DNA from: Octopus bimaculoides
Lineage: Eukaryota
DNA length: 64,000 bases
Direction: 5' to 3'
NCBI RefSeq assembly: GCF_001194135.2
Contig: NC_068981.1
Coordinates: 99,441,485-99,505,484 of the forward strand
Part shown: positions 24,872 through 38,420 of the stretch, piece after piece
Layout of the letters: the number at the start of each line of letters is the position of its first letter
Position numbering within the stretch: position 1 is the stretch's first letter
The notes under the pieces: generated by a model
What the model was told of the DNA's origin: nothing
The model's database searches: none
Seen by the model: the letters and a program-made list of their open reading frames with translations, nothing else
Made by a program: the position numbers and the translations under genes

Positions 24872-26039
24872 CACAGTAGTTTACATCAGGATATAACATT
24901 AATAGCTGTTCAAATGTATATATAATATTTGCATATATGTTAGCCAGGTAATAAACTAGTTATCTAAATGATATACGCTTCAGGTATTCTGAATTATACC
25001 ATGTTCTATATAAACATATATCATCTAAATTATCTAATTTCGTCTTTGGTCAGTGTTACGTGTTATCAGATTTGGGAATGTTAAACAGACTAGTATCTTA
25101 TGCAAAAGTAGATTTATATCTCATCTGCTTAATGCTATTTATTAGATCAACAGCAATATGCCAGCTTTATGTATGCACCCATGGCTCAAGGCTACAATGA
25201 TAATTTTTCCATTTCTAAATAAACATACATGTATGAGTTTTCTTCAAACTGACAGTTTTAACAGTCTAAACTTTTATGAAAATATAATCTCAAGATGAAC
25301 TGAAAATCTATATGTTAACATTTTCTAGAATTTGGATCACAAAATCTCAACTTTGATACAAGGGTATAACAGGCAAAAACACACACACACTGTTAAATGA
25401 TGTATTGTTTTTCATTAAATGGTGAAAATAAATTTTTATTCATTTTTAGATACTATATATTATTCTTGGTCGTTCATCATTAAAAGTACTCCAAAAAATA
25501 TATACAATCAACTTATTACATTAATCTACAACATGTGAAACCAAGTGGAAAATGTGCAGAAAACTGAGAAATGATGGAAGAAAGTAGGAGAAATATGTTA
25601 TTCAGTCAGCTTCAATGTTAGAGGTTTTCAGGAATATTAGAAATAGTCAGTGAAGACTTCTTAGTGAGAGTGCAAGATTTTAATTTATTGGCAGCTTGTT
25701 ATGAATTAAAAATTAATAAATATTGAATGAACTATAGTTGAAAGTATCACACATGATTATGACAGGTACCAGATATAAAGGCAACTGATAAAATAATGAA
25801 AGAAATGGGTCAAGGCAGAAGATATATTAAAGAAGTTTGCAAAGAGAAGTAATACATGGACAGTGATTTTTCAATTACATTGTCACTGGCAGCACTTAAG
25901 AAGATAGCACAAGATTGCTACTTTACAAAATAACAATAATACCTAAAAGTTAAAGGATTTCACAGATTAAGATGACTTATGGTACCATCAAATAATGCAA
26001 ATTTTTTTTTATTAGTTTTATCTGGAGGAAGGGGCTATA

Positions 26040-26230
26040 CCAAGAATAAATAAATAAATAAGACATATGGTACCATAAACATTCTGCTTAAACTGTTGCA
26101 GACTGACATCTACAGAAAAGTCATGAGCAAAGAAAGAGTTCCAGAGGATTGATATTCTGGGAAGAAAAGACCAGGTATAGTGTCTGAAGTAGTTAGTGTG
26201 GGGCTGGGGAGGGTTAGATACAATATGGGC
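26040..26230 (-). mobile_element. CR1/L2-like LINE 3' fragment
   Basis: Minus-strand peptide HTNYFRHYTWSFLPRISILWNSF...LQQFKQNV is typical of a CR1-group C-terminus. Confidence 0.6.
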
Positions 26231-27179
26231 AATGACTAGAGAAGAATGAGTTGAGGGATGTACATATGCACATGCGCGCACACACGCTCTCTCTCATATA
26301 CACACACACACAAGGGAGCAGAGAGAAAAAAAAGTACAAAAAAAATCCCCCTAATTTTTGCAGGTTCAGGGAAAAGGAAAAATCATTTGAAGATTCACTG
26401 GAAAGAGGAATAGACAGAACTGAAGAAATGGTTGGCTTTCAATACCAGGGACATCTAGATACTGAATTTTCAACAATTTGACAGATATTAAACCAGGTCA
26501 TGTTTCTATTTATGAATGTATATATGCACATGCATGTTTTATTTTATATGTTAATGTATTAAAAAAAAAACTAATGAAAAGATACTTGCTACAAAACCAA
26601 CAAAATTCCACCCTGGGGGATGTTTATTTTTATACCAGTTAGTGAATACTGAAACCAAAAATTTACTTCTATCTGCCAGTCTATCTTCTATCAGACTACA
26701 GAATGTGCTGACCATGTACAAAACGGACAAAGCTACACCAATCAAGAATAAGAAATGCAGAAATATCAGACCCTACAACCCAACTCTGCTTAGCATCAGA
26801 AGAGTACAATGAACACAATGTGGATAAGGAAACCTTAGAGCAGGACACTGTTAGAGTTAAGTAATGAGGAAGACAATATTCAATCTTGAACACACAATGT
26901 TTAGTTCTTAAGTTGTTAAGAACAGCTTGAAAAAACAAACTCCAATTTCAAGCTAAAATTATTAGTAAATGAGAGAAGAATACAAATTTTTTCATCAGGA
27001 AGGTAACTTCACTGATTGTTTCATAAGAGAACTTGATAAAACACATTTCATAATACAACATAAATAGAATATAAATGATATTTCTATCAGCTTTCTTCCT
27101 TTGAATCATGATCCCAGTAAAATGATATATTTTCTAAATTGTTTTAAGAGAAGGACTTTAATAATATGATGAATTAGTT

Positions 27180-27395
27180 TCAGGTTTCATTGGATTTTGT
27201 CTTCGCAACATCTGTACAGCTTTTGCTTTCTTCAGATGTTTTTTTTCCTTCATTCAGGTTATATACCCAGACAGCAACATCACTGTGGGATCCATGAGCT
27301 AAGTAATGTTGATAACATTTAAGAAGCTCCTGACAGCGTTGTTCATCTTTTTTGTTATCATAGTCAGGGTACTTCTCTTTCAAACGTTTCCGAGC
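27180..27395 (-). CDS. DUSP22: DUSP exon 5 (ARKRLKEKYPDYDN...KSNET*)
   Basis: Poly-T acceptor ...TTTCAAG, phase 0, stop TGA at 27180-27182. Confidence 0.85.
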   Translation of the reverse strand, partial: ARKRLKEKYPDYDNKKDEQRCQELLKCYQHYLAHGSHSDVAVWVYNLNEGKKTSEESKSCTDVAKTKSNET

Positions 27396-30300
27396 CTTGA
27401 AAAAAAAAAAAAAAAAAAATTTTTTTAACCAATCAAGTTTGAGAATGGCTGATATATTGAAGAACTGAAATAAAAGTCTTTCACTTGATTATATTTGTCT
27501 TTAATACTAATCAATTAAAATACAGGAAAATATAATATTTTACAAAATATTTAATCTCTTTTCAAACAATCATTTTAACACCCATTCTGATATGGTGATC
27601 CAGCATTCATGTCACAACTCCATACCAGTACACTAGTCTCTCCTGTGTGCACTGGCCAGTAATGCCTTTCAAACTTTTTCATTTCGCTTGTAATCTATCC
27701 TTCATACAAGCTATCATAACTCATCCTGATTACCTCAGTTCCCTCCAGCCCAGCAGTGCTTTTACCATTCAGTTTATAAGACTGATCTTTACAGAGAAAG
27801 AAACCCTTTATCAGCAGAGATAACAGTTCTATGAATTTCTTCAACTTTCGTGCACTTCATGCACTTTAATTACATCACCTGTAATAGAGACTATCAATTA
27901 TGTTTACTGCACAGTTCATAAACTTCAATACAAAAGAGCTCACACTATTAACTACTCCTGTACATAAAGCATGTCTAAAGTCCTGTATTTTTCTATTGAT
28001 CTAACAGAAATTCTACTGCATCTTTTTGAACCTATTGCTTATATTGAGTATGCAATAGTCAGCTGCTACTCTGTTCCTATATCTCAAGGAAGCTTGGTGG
28101 GATTTTTGAGTTTTTGATATTAATTTACATATTGGACCTTTGCCAAATTGTTTTTGGCCCATATATCCAGGTTTAGAACTTCTTTTGCAGTTTTTTTATA
28201 TTCCATATAAAAGTCTGCATGTATATGGACATTTTTATAATTTTTGCCCTGAAAGCTGTCTACAATGATGATAATATAATCAAATTTTAGATATTCTTTT
28301 TTTTATTTGTAACTTTTAAAAAATAAAATATAAAGTAGGATTGAATTGTAAACATGTCTACAATTTTTAATGCGGTAGTACTGCTTCGGGAAGCCAATGT
28401 AAAAGCAAATAAAAAGTGATGCCTAAAAAATTCACTTTCATGTTTGATTTAGGCATCTACATATCACTAATGACTATCTCTCCCTAAATTAAATTACTTT
28501 TTTCTGATGACAATGGTTATTGCTATCTTACATGTACTGACCACCACTTAATGCCAGCTTATGGCTCAGGAGAGTTGCTAGAGTCTTCTTTGCATACTAC
28601 AACTGCTAATGGAAAACAGGGTCCTGTCACTAAGAATGTTCAATCTACCACATTCAACAAAAACATCAAATATACGTTTAGTTTCACATAGACACAATAT
28701 TTTGGGAAATCACTGGAAGAAGCAGACTTCATACAGAAAAAAAAAAAGGTGATGGTGTATGAGAGAAAAAGCTGTTGGAGTATGGTGGTGACAATGATTA
28801 TTGTTGTTTAGCCTCAAGTCAGCCTTAATTGAGCTGACCTATGGTCAAAGGTATTCTCCCAATTACCATCTAGTCTATATTTTTTTCAGGCATAGTGTAT
28901 CTAAGACATCATTATTTAATGTATCTGTCTTTTTTTTAAGATGGTAGGATGTGATTTTAGAGAGATTTGACTATTTCAAGCAGACCAAATGACCATGTAG
29001 TGGCTTCTTTGATGGCTTCTGATCATGACGATGATGGTGAGATGATAAATCAGAGAGATACATCCCTTTCACCATAAAATAAATTTACTTACAGCTTCCA
29101 ACCCATTCTCTTCATATTCTCTCAGTTGCTTTTGGAAACCATAGTTTGGGTTAGCACAGTTCCGTGCCCCTCTTATAGCATTCATAGATTCCCTCCAGCT
29201 CAGGCTTGTTATCGTCATTATATAGGCTACTGTGAGTGTTACACTTCGTGATACTCCTGACAAACTGGAATTGAGATTAACCAATCAAGTAGACATATCT
29301 GGCTAAACTACATCAAAATGAAACTTGAAAACAAAATTTAAAAAAACAAAAAATAAAACAAAAATGAAAATAAGAAAAGGATAAAATTCCAGAAGATACA
29401 ACTCTGATCATAAATTATTTGGCAAAGTGTTTAGAACAAGGACTGATGAAGTAAGATATTATAAAGGTGACAAAAAAATGAGAAATGAGTGTGTTGGATG
29501 GGCTAAAGAAGTGGTATACAATTTGCTTGTTCAAAGGAACAGAGGTAGTTGGTCAGTAGTTGTCTCAGCTTCAAGGGACATAAATCTTATTACAGTAAAA
29601 AAGCAAATATATAGAATTGTAGCAGCAACTACAAAATAGTTGTAAATGTCATACATTTTGTAACAAGGTCTTTTACAAGTGAGAAAGCAAATTTTTTTCA
29701 TTGTGTGCAAAATGTCAATTGATAATTAAAATAAACTCTCACCAATGAATAAGTACACCACCTCCTTCTTGTCTAGCTTTGTGAATGAAGTCTATACTCT
29801 CTTCAAAATATTGGCTCAAACACTGTTGGGGATTGTCACTGGCAAAGATACATAGGTAAACTTTATCCTGAATAAAAAAATAAATAAAGCAAGGCTTCAA
29901 ACTGGGGGAAAAATATATATATGTTTTAGAAGAAAGAAAAGATCTTAAGACCTTAAATGTAAAATATCTTATGTAAAAAAATATCATTTTTATTTAACAA
30001 CTAAGAATTAGTTGTTAAATTTTAAGAGTAATGAAACTAATTAAAGCCTTGCAAATAGTTGATGTTTCACTTTTCTTCACACTTCAAAGTGCATTAGTAG
30101 CAAAAAAAAAAAAAAAAATTATAACTTGGAAATCTGAGATGCCACAGAAGACTTAGTAATTTTAAGAAGCGTGCACTAGACTAGCTTCTTCAGGTTCAGT
30201 ATTGCAAGACAAGATACTTATAGATTATACAGTATACCACTAATTATGGAAAAACAAAAGTGCTCCCACTATTAACTACTCCTGTACATAAAGCACATAT

Positions 30301-33300
30301 AAAATCCTGTATTTTTCTATTGATACCCCATCTTCCTTTTATAACTTTGAGGATGAATTAAAACTGTCACTAAATAGCCTGTCACTCAATTTACTGTATC
30401 TGCTATGACTTGATTGTTAACAGAAGTGTTAATTTGTTATTAATTTACACATTTGACTTTGGCATATATGTCAGGTTTGGAACCTCTTTCGCAGTTTTTT
30501 TTTTATATAAAGGTCTGTATATCTACAGAAGTGTTATAATTTTTGCCCTGAAAACTGTCTACAATGATGATAATATAATCATACTAACTACTTTAACTAA
30601 GTCAATGATGAGTTATAGGATCATAATCTGATGTTAGTATTTATCACAAGGCAGTGGTTCATAAACAGTTTGCTGAGGCACATTGGATGTTGCAAGGTAT
30701 ATCTAGGTGCACCACAAATTTTTGCAAGTAAAATGTAAGGTCACAGAAAATCCATGCTAATGTTTGAGTGTCATGAAAAGGAGTTATTTTCAATTTCATA
30801 AAACATAAAATAAGGAAAGCAATAGTTTTCTTCCATTTGTTTTGTTTTTTTTACTTAATTTTTAATTCTAAAACAGCCTTTATAAACCTACCTTGTAAAG
30901 TGCACCAGGATTTTTTTTTCGTTCAATCAACACTGTCACAAAATCAAAAAAGACTGAGAATTATTGCCATAAGGTTTATATGTAGGGTTTCTGTTAGTCA
31001 GTATTGACCATGTATCTGTGCATGTATGTGCAGGCCTGGGCAAGCAATTGTCTATATGCGTAAACCTCTCCCACTCCATACCACTGATATTTATCCAAAG
31101 GAAAGGCCACTGACTTGAGGCAATACAGCTTGGCATCAGTATCATCACTGGTGTTGTTAGAACACAAAGAACCAGAACAGTTACCACAAGACAACTCACC
31201 TAACTTTCTACCAACACTAATTTGCTGCCTTATAAGGTTTATAAGTGCTTTCAGAAGATAAAAGAGAAGCAACATTAACCCTTTAGCATTCAGATAGCTC
31301 TTGACATATAAATGTTGATTTATTCACATTGTTTTGAATTAATCATGCATAATCTCATAGTTATGAGATTTTAATGATATGGTTGTTTATTTTTAGAATA
31401 ACATCATAGAATAGGTGTAAGAAGTCAGATCTGGTCAGTTTAAACATAAAACTGGTAGAATATTTAGGCTGCATATAGCCGGTTTAAATGCTGAAGTTAT
31501 AATTATTGTAGAAGACGTCATTGATTTTTGTATATAAAAACAGAAATGTATATTATTATTTTTTTTTTGTTTTTAGTTTTTTTTACATCTATATTTAAGC
31601 TAGACTATCAAAATATTCATTAATCACAAGAACAACATGAAGTTATTATTCAGGCATTGAAAGAGAAAATGTAAGTGGAAAATGCAACTTTATTTCTTTA
31701 GATTCTTAGACTGTTTCCAGCCAATGTTGTAAATACATCATTATTCTTAAATCCTGTCAAGATATGGACTTCACAGGATATGGCAGGACCACAAGTTTGT
31801 AGTGGAGAGGCATCAAGAGTGGAAGAGTTAATGAAGATGATTATATTGATTTCAAATTTTGGCATAAGTCCAGCAAGTTTGGGGAAGGGGCTAAGTTGAT
31901 TATATTAACTCCAGTGCTCAACTAGTACTTATTTTATTGACCCCAAAAGGATGAAAGGCAAAGATGACTTCAGTAGAACTTGAACTCAGAACGAGAAGAC
32001 AGATGAAATGCCTTTAAACATTTTGCCCAGCATACTAACAATTCTGCCAGCTCACCACCTTAATGAAGATGATCATATTAACTCAGAGTTAAACTAAAAC
32101 ACTGCACTATAAGTTGAAGGTGTCGTTATATATTATTTAGGCGAATTCAGCAAGTATGGGAGACAACTCCAGTCATATTTCAAACTTATAACTCCTCAGC
32201 AAAGCATGAATTTTTAACACAATAGCTGAAGAAGTTTTAAGAGAATCAGATGTACCATATTCCACATAAAAAGATGTACACTATTCCACATGAGCACACA
32301 TAAAACTGTTACTTCGTTTAGATACCATAATTACTTCAGGATTGTGTAGTTAATGTTAAAGAAAACTACATAAAATGACCAACTCACAGCAAGCAATGGT
32401 TTGGCATTGTCATGAACAGCTAAAATATGAGTAACTTGATTTTCTTTTTGTGCCTTTTCTTCTTTAGAATCATAGAAGTTTCCAATGTAAACTCCATCAA
32501 GAATCTGAAAAGAAACATTTCAAAAGAACAATAAAATTAATAGAAACAAATAATACACAGATATACCCCTTCACTCCTATAATACATTTAATGAAATGAT
32601 ACTTGAAATTTACCTCAATTGAACAATTTCTTTGTCCATGCTGTTATCAATAACATTTTTATATTCATATTTCGAATAAAATACTCTGCGTTGTGCATTT
32701 CAATTAATATTGAAAATAAGAAATAATTGATGAATTTAATAAACTAATTAAATATCATTATTAAGCTGGTTTTAGATAATAACTTAACAAAAGCATTTTA
32801 AGGTTGGTGATGCTGGGTAAGTTGGTATCAAAAGTGTTAAGAAGTTACAAGCTTTTACCAGGTTACGTGTTGCATAAGTGATTCTTATCATTTAATTAAC
32901 ATTTTGCACAGAGATAGTTTGCACAGCCAGACCAGCTGATAATTCCTGTTCATGTCTATCACTCTCTTTTATGATATGCACTTGAAGTTTATTTCTCAGA
33001 AAAAATAATAAAGGCTAACTGTAGGATGACAGACTTTCTCATTTACATCCTATAGTATTTTACATTTGAAAAGATTAATTCCGACTGAATATGTTTTGAA
33101 AAGACCAAATATACCACTGGCTGCTGTTTCCAACCACAAAAATAGATTTGCAGAGCCTTATCATGTTGGAAGAGCTTAGTAAAAGATACAGTTCTTAAGG
33201 TGATGAGTAACCAGTCAGATGCAATGTTAATTTTAGTGAAGCTGGTGACCTTACCAGAGACAATGAAGAAAACTGACAGACCAATCAGTTTTCAGTGTTG

Positions 33301-36136
33301 TCCATCTCCTACACTGTAGACTGCCTCTTATGAAAATAGAAGAGGATGCTGAAGAATTGGGTAATGACAGTGTGATAGAAATAACAGCTATCTTTGGAAA
33401 TTTATGACTAAGTAAATTAACCAACAAGATGGTAATGTAACTGTGTTAGTTAAGTCCTGCCTGAATCTCATAATATTTTCTATTTCTTCTTGAGGAGAAA
33501 AGTGGCAAGAGCCCTAGAGCCTGTGCACAACTAAAGCCCCATAAGAAAATTAATATATTGGGTAACTTTAAATTAGTCTCAATCTCTGCCACCTACATTT
33601 GAGGTATCTCAAATAATATTAGTCCCCACATTTACTACAGAAATATATGTTCTCCACCCCTATCCAAAATGGATCTTTACATCTGTCTCGAAAAATAAGT
33701 TTTTTCACAATATATAATTTCATGTAACATATATATCTCATGTTTTAAAAAAGGTATATCATGTCCTTACATGTCATACGTTGCAACCAAAAGGATCAGT
33801 ATCAATCAAGAGGGTACCCTACTGCAAAATACTGCCTCAAAATGTCCCTTCCAGTACATGCCAGTATTCAAAATGGACACAAAAGTGATGGTATTTGTGT
33901 TTGCATGATTAGGTAGTGGTATATTGCAACTATTCCTAAGACAAGAACAGTTGACACCATCTGATATAGGGCTGCATGTACTAGGGCCCAGTCAAGGCAT
34001 AGTTATGTGTTACTAATTGTTCACTGTGCTAAATGTAATAGTTTAACCAGACAAAACTTTCCAGTGCCTGTTCTCCAAATCATAAATCAAATGGTGCAAA
34101 GGAGAGCAAACAATGGTTTGTATTTTGTCTTGGAAATTGCTTGCCTTGTAAGATTTTCTCTTTTACAGTAGATTCACAACTGCAAAGGCCACAGTCAGTT
34201 ATGGCATCTAAACAAGGATGAGATAGAGAACACTAAACGGAGTAAGACGTTTGACAGATTGTCTGAACATGAAAACAGTACAGTACACAGAATCTATTGT
34301 CTAGCATTAGTGAGAGTTGGGGAAGAGGTTAGAGAATGATACAGGGATTAGTTTGAGGTCTCACAAAGGAATCATACGAGAGACTGAAAAATTACAAAAT
34401 GTACTTACGGAGAATAATTAATGTGGACATTTTGGTTAACCTTCAGTTAACTACAACTATTTTTTTTTTCATTTCTTTGCCAGGGTCAGAAACTGGAGGT
34501 TAACCGAAATTTTTTTTAGGCAAAGAGGACATGCTTTCCATGAATTGGCAATTATGGAATTACATCCATAATGCAAACTTCTTGGGAGTCATAGAACTCA
34601 TTATGAAATGCTAGGCTCATTATGATCTGTCCAAGTCAAACATACAGCAAAGGTTAGAGATTTACAAGAAAAGACGGGATCTGCTATAAATTTAGTATTA
34701 CTCAGCATCATCTCAAATTAAATTCACCAGTAATTGTGTGGATTATTAAGTTCAGAACTATCTAAACTACTCCGTGGTGGAGTAGGCAACATTCGCATTG
34801 CTAAGGATGATTTTAAACTTTTTTAGTCATTGTAAAATGAAGATTAAATGATCAATGTAATGAATGGATGGTTGGAGGGACGGATAGGCGGACAGTCAGT
34901 CAGACAGAAACAAACATGAAAATGTTACTATAGGCAACATTAGCTCATAAGCAGTGTTTAACACAAGGTTTCTTTTGAAGCGTTAAACAATTTCGAATAT
35001 TACTGGATTTGTCAAATGTTACGAATTTTATGTTTACATTCTTCAGGTTCATAATTTCTATAAAACTGGTTCGCAATCTTCAATTTGCAAAGAACCAGTG
35101 AAAATATATAAAGAGACCATACATTTGTAATGTGTATCGGTTATCAGTAAACAGAATGAGTAACTGTAGCAGTCGATCGATAACTGGCGGGTAGCACGGT
35201 TAGTATAGGAGCAGTAATAGGTTTTATTGATACATGTTTACAGCAATATTCCAGTGGTGGGTACTGAAACACTGAGAGTCATACGAATGTCACAAGACAT
35301 CAGATCCACTGTAATTCATTTATTGTTATTGTCAAAAGTCATTATTATTATATATTAGAAATCAATACTAGGGTTAATGTAATCGCTCAACGGCTCCCTC
35401 AAAATTGTTTGCAGCGTGGCTAAATTAGAAACATTATTAATAGTTACACATTTGTATTTTGTATATACATAATTTTCCCTACCCTTTTTCATTCATATAA
35501 TTCAGTGTAAGCCCCTCCTACACTTTTTTGTGACATTACCTTGTAATGTCACTTCATCGTCGCCCTTATGGCAATAATAAAAGACAACATTATTATAATT
35601 ATTATCGTCATCATCTGCTAGCCATGATGTAGTCGTAGTTGTCATCACATTGACTCAATTACCCTCGAAAATACTTATATCAGGGTAGGAACGATTCATA
35701 TTGACAATCAAAGTTACGAAAAGATAGTTATTTTAACTATTTTGAAGAGAAACCAAATTCTACAGAGAAATATTTTAAGGGCGAGAGAAAAGATGCTTAA
35801 AGAGATAATCAAGAAGTAATTAAAATCAGTTGTCTGGAAGTTATAATAGTGAAAATCAAATAAAAAGAAAGAACGATTCATTTGACGAAGGGAGAAATAT
35901 TCACACCTATTGTTTATTATTTCATGACGTTATTTCTAGATAATATTTGTATATTTTCTAAAGTAAATTATTCTCTAAGTTTCATTTTCTAAAATCAAAT
36001 GCTTTTGAAATCATATTTAAAAAAACATTACAGTTGTAAAGGAATAAATGTTATTATAAACTGTAAGAAGGCTGTGCTTTATAACCATCAAATAAACAGT
36101 AGAGTTATTGCTTACCTTGCTCATTCCAGACCCCAT
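27180..36136 (-). CDS. DUSP22: Dual-specificity phosphatase DUSP22/DUSP15 family, five coding exons, 216 aa
   Basis: join(complement 36116-36136, 32388-32504, 29743-29867, 29093-29264, 27180-27395) = 651 nt, all introns GT-AG with compatible phases. Protein: MGSGMSK ILDGVYIGNFY...VTHILAVHD...SDNPQQCLSQYFEESIDFIH...VLIHCLSGVSRS (CX5R)...ANPNYGFQKQL. Closer in sequence to DUSP22; probably a co-ortholog of DUSP15 and DUSP22. Confidence 0.93.
29093..29264 (-). CDS. DUSP22: DUSP exon 4 (C-LSGVSRS...GLEA), 172 nt
   Basis: TTCCAG acceptor, GTAAGT donor; completes the catalytic Cys codon. Confidence 0.95.
29743..29867 (-). CDS. DUSP22: DUSP exon 3 (DKVYLCIFASD...VLIH), 125 nt
   Basis: TTATTCAG acceptor, GTGAGA donor. 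Confidence 0.95.
31279..31496. mobile_element. piggyBac-like MITE
   Basis: TTAA then CCCTTTAGCATT; right end AAATGCTGAAG then TTA (decayed). Confidence 0.6.
31850..32060 (-). mobile_element. SINE family A, strongly CpG-depleted copy in DUSP intron 2
   Basis: Same layout as 12715 and 49885, with most CpG sites read as TG or CA. Confidence 0.75.
32388..32504 (-). CDS. DUSP22: DUSP exon 2 (ILDGVYIGNF...AKPLLA), 117 nt
   Basis: TTTCTTTTCAG acceptor, GTGAGT donor, phase 0/0. Confidence 0.95.
33050..33300 (-). mobile_element. Highly decayed CR1/L2-like RT fragment
   Basis: Weak remnants of the SKAFD..WH and GVPQGSVLSP regions. Confidence 0.35.
34540..34750 (+). mobile_element. hAT-like transposase remnant
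   Basis: HNANFLGVIELI resembles the NGNFLGLIELL motif of hAT/ZMYM-type transposases. Confidence 0.4.
36116..36136 (-). CDS. DUSP22: DUSP exon 1 (MGSGMSK), N-myristoylation consensus MGxxxS
   Basis: ATG GGG TCT GGA ATG AGC AAG then GTAAGC; equivalent to the vertebrate MGNGM.K first exon. Confidence 0.93.
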
Positions 36137-36213
36137 GAATCTTCTGCTTTTGACTCCCGCTAAAGACAAGACACGTTCAAAACACGCCATGTTCGAACGA
36201 GCTCTTTCTCTCG

Positions 36214-36221
36214 CTTTTATA
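36214..36221 (-). promoter_or_regulatory. Candidate TATA box for DUSP
   Basis: TATAAAAG on the minus strand, about 80 nt upstream of the ATG. Confidence 0.45.
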
Positions 36222-36768
36222 CTCAGACTATTCTCTCCTACTCATCTCTCCCCCTTCGCTTTAATTTGTTATATTTGCCTCATACTCTCCTCTTCCAACT
36301 TTTCCTTTTCCCTCTCACTATCCATCTCTACTATCCCTACTCCGACAGCTCCTACCCTCACTCTTTAACTTTCAGTATTCTCGCTTTAAACTTTTCTTTG
36401 GCAAATAGATTATGTAACGGACTCCTTTCTTCCATCTCTTCTCCCATTTCCTTCGTTTTCACTTCCTTTATCTTTCTTTCCTCTATTTCAGTCTTCTTCC
36501 TTTTCCCTATACTCTCTCCTTTTTATTTCTTTTTATATTGTTTTTCTTTTCTTTTCATCTCAGGCAATGAATCCTCGCTTTGTTTCTATAGTGTACTTCC
36601 TTTCTTCCTTCTCTTCCCCTATTTTTCTTTTCTCTTTTCACAATGCTGTCTCCGTTTTCCTCTCTCGCTTATCTTGGTAATAAACTATTAATTTGTCATC
36701 AATTTTTCTCTCACTCTTTATTTCCTCCCCTTCTTTAAGTGTCTGTTAATATAAACGTAATGTGATCA

Positions 36769-36782
36769 GTAACCATGGAAAC
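36769..36782. promoter_or_regulatory. RFX X-box motif
   Basis: GTAACCATGGAAAC matches GTHNYYATRRNAAC at all 14 positions. Confidence 0.5.
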
Positions 36783-37505
36783 GACAGCAACAAAGTATAT
36801 AGTGTTTACAATCTACACATTGACCATGGTTTATTAGCTGTATGATATTTATTGACTAGTTAAGAAGAGTTTATCACGGCCTAGATCTCTTAAGTGTAAT
36901 ACTGCGGCCCTCGTCGAGCGGACTTAACATCAAGAGCATTTCAGCCACGCCCCTCTCGTCTTTGTTTACACTGAGGCCTGCAAAGCAATGCAAATTTTAA
37001 TTTTAAACCTAGGTAATCCTGAGATTGGCATCACTCATAACCTTTGTAAGGCATCCCAGGCTGGTTTGAATATCTGTGTCAACGGCTGCAGGAAAAATAG
37101 AATAAAATAAAATGTAAAAAAACGTGGATGAGGAAACAATTCTAGATGGCTGTGGCAGGTATGGAAATGGTTACACGACAGATTTCATTACTCTGTGGGA
37201 AGAAGTGGAATCGATCTTTAAACATTTATGAAAAATAGTGGCTTTATATTTGCTATTTACTGCAAAAACAGAACTCAGTAAAACCGGTCAGTGAAATTTG
37301 CACAGCAGTTCAAGCGCAGACAAGTAGAATAATTAATAAATTCATAGTAAATTCACGGTGTTTTTGGTTAATTTGAAACGTAAGTTATACCCGTTAACTT
37401 GATAAATCCTGTCAGCGCATGTACTGTTATGCAAATTTGACTAACCGGTTGAGATGAGTTCTAATTTGTATACAGTGTAAAATAGATGCTTGTTTGCTTC
37501 ACGCT

Positions 37506-37735
37506 CTTGTTTGATGGGGCTGGAGTCCTCCCAGGTTAGTGGTCCCAGAGGCGTCATCATGCATAGGGCCGACCTGGTCCACCAGTGCTCTCCCATCGCT
37601 GGCGGTTTCGTGGCAGCCCCTCTGCATCTTCCAAGGTGACGTCGAGCCTCAGGAGATCTTCTACAATGACGTCCAGCCCTCTGGTGAGGAGCCTACCACG
37701 AAGCTTCTTCCAGCCTACAGCTGCTGCGTCGAATG
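37506..37735 (-). mobile_element. LINE 3' fragment (RTE-like), CpG-retaining
   Basis: Homologous to 8947-9153. Confidence 0.6.
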
Positions 37736-38064
37736 AAAATAAAGCGGGAGACAGAGGTCATGTCTGTATCAGCGCATGCGATGGGAAGCTATGAGGTATG
37801 AAGTAGATATAAACTACTAATTTCTCTGTAGACAAAAGATGGGCATTCTTTCTCCGATGAAAGACTAAGAAGACTAGAAACTGTCAGATCTATCTAACTT
37901 TTTCTGCCATCAGGTCAAAAACCAACCAGTGGTGGTTTACTTCTCGCGACGAGACTAAAACCGGGATCTTTTCGTTTTGACACATAGGAGGCCTGATTGT
38001 ATAGATGTTTTATATGCCAATTGAGAATATCACAATTTTATTTATTTATATATTTATTTATTGG

Positions 38065-38420
38065 CAATTAATAACAAAAAAAGTTACGAGCCTTAAATTC
38101 ATTAAGTCAGCTATAGTTATAAGGGAAATATAGACTTACAAATTTTTAATTCCGACTCCCAAATACTACAAAAACAAGCAAAATCTAAATGTAATTGTAG
38201 AGATACGACTAGGTGTTCTTTGAAGGGAAATTGTCAAAAATATAGTATACAGAACAGGTATAAAATCAGCTAACTGTACAGTAAAAACGTACATCGGAAG
38301 TTACAGGATGTTGCACAAGCACATGGCTCTGAGAGCACTGCTTTTTAAAAGAGAAACAGCCGAAAGCTAATGGAGCCGGTTATGTCATTCACTAATGGAT
38401 ATTACGATCTGTACTCTCTT
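38065..38420 (+). mobile_element. Penelope-like (Neptune-type) fragment, Zn-finger/GIY-YIG region
   Basis: Across frameshifts: LSYSY..N...KCNCRDTTRCSLKGNC...IVY...KTYIGS. Confidence 0.6.

Noticed and set aside
18799-27180. WRAP73 nested in a DUSP intron
   Set aside because: The DUSP frame closes at 27180; the genes are convergent and about 7 kb apart unless unseen 3' exons exist.
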